A stretch of 64,000 bases of DNA, taken from contig OZ336871.1 of NCBI GenBank assembly GCA_965287045.1, positions 45,818,001 to 45,882,000 of the forward strand, in the 5' to 3' direction. Below are positions 62,561 to 64,000 of this stretch, one piece after another (position 1 is the first letter of the stretch; each line of letters begins with the position of its first letter). The stretch comes from Carcharhinus amblyrhynchos. Lineage: Eukaryota. A model generated the notes under the pieces. It was given only the letters and a program-made list of their open reading frames with translations. It was not told the origin of the DNA and did not search any database. The position numbers and the translations under genes are program-made.

Positions 62561-64000
62561 CCACTGAATGCTGGTCTGAATTAATTCAGCCTTTTCACAT
62601 AATCACAGGGGCCAACTCATAATAACCCCTCTCCAGGAAATGTAATTATAGTTTCGCTGGAATCATTTGTTGGTGTTAACACATATGTTTAGGACCACTT
62701 CAGAAAGATACAAACTGATTCCTAAACTGCTGTGTATAGCAGCAAGGAACAAGGAAGTCATTTTGATATCAAAATTGATCTGAATTAAGTCCATTTATCT
62801 GGATTGATTTGAATTCACCCTGTCCTACTCCAACTTCTCCTTTCCCACGACCTAAAAACTGATGAACACTTCACCTTTCCTTTCCTCCAATGTTCTTCTA
62901 AGGGTTATTTACACTGAAAATTGAGTGTTGGTGCGAAGTGCTTTTGCTCTTGCAATGATGTTAAAATTACATGGAAGTTAATGGATTAGGAATCCAAAGA
63001 ACAAGAGCTCTCAGATACCATTTGAAATTTTGAATTCAGTTTCAAAAATCAGTGACTTAAATGCTGGTAGCAGTGAAAGGCACCATAAAATGGTTGGATT
63101 GACATAAATATCCAATTTGGCTCAGTAATACCATTTAGAAAAAACAAACTTTCCACCCTTGCCAAGTCTGACCCACTACCTTGTCAGGGATAAACAATAA
63201 ATGTTAGATCCATTCATGATGCCCATGTACCAATAATTGCTACATTTTGAAAACCATGAATATTAAAGACACTAATTACTGAAATGAGGTTACGTGTGAT
63301 TCCTTTGTTACAGTCACTCTTGTTTCTTTCCACTGGTAGATTGGCCCTGATTGCAGTCTCAGACTATACTTACTGTGCCTATAGTATTTTTGCAAAGTCA
63401 CACTGTTATATATGGATGTTCCATTGTACTGAAAAAGCACCTTAATAGCCACAAGCACCTCCACTTATCCATTCCTTCTTGATTTATCTTGTCTTCTGTT
63501 CTTTAATTTTCAGTATTAGTGGTACCCTGTATCAAAGGTGCTACCCCATGCTTCATCAATAACAATGATGTTCTTATTTGACTGCATTTAAATTTCAGTC
63601 AGCATGTTCTAACTATTTGGAACAGTGCAGCTTTGTCAATTTGACAGCGGTTTTGGTTCAATAACCCAAAGTCACATCAAACAAACAAATTGGTTGTGAG
63701 GGCCAAAGTTTGCAATTTTTTACTCCAAAATTAATGTTCTCTGCCTGAATGTCACTCATATAACTACATTAAATTTCCACAAGCACATTTTATTGGTCTC
63801 TCAAAACAAAAACATTTAACACTGGAGACGCAATGATTCAGATCAAAGCGCACCATTTTATGGAGTTGGTATGAAGGGTATGATCCCATTATCTGAATAG
63901 TGAGTCCTAAGATGGCCCAAATATTCATTTTCATGGAGCTCATGACAGTGCAGAATGACCAGTGAATTGTTCTTGAAAATCGGGTTAGAACAATTAGGGC

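Noticed and set aside
1-64000. CRISPR array, operon or prokaryotic defence system
   Set aside because: No regularly spaced repeats or dense ORFs; the sequence is vertebrate intronic/intergenic DNA.

Overview
Vertebrate genomic DNA, almost certainly a shark or other elasmobranch (HE1-type V-SINEs and HER1-type CR1 LINEs are abundant). No intact cellular gene, tRNA/rRNA gene or CRISPR array is visible, and most track ORFs are TE fragments or chance. The window is mostly nested, decayed TEs: two CR1 LINE families, L2, Rex1/Babar, Penelope-like pieces with decayed hammerhead cores, PIF/Harbinger remnants and MITEs, a deleted Tigger/pogo element, a Gypsy remnant and a ~1 kb TRIM-like LTR element. 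The most interesting non-TE signal is a chain of + strand exon-like islands (~10.0-62.6 kb), several with splice sites and compatible phases, carrying stops, frameshifts and TE insertions. Their translations weakly but collinearly resemble RNF213 (mysterin) from its N-terminal region into the first AAA+ region. This suggests a dead RNF213-like paralog, but the match is from memory and needs a TBLASTN/HMM check. Boundaries were read by eye and are approximate unless TSDs are given.
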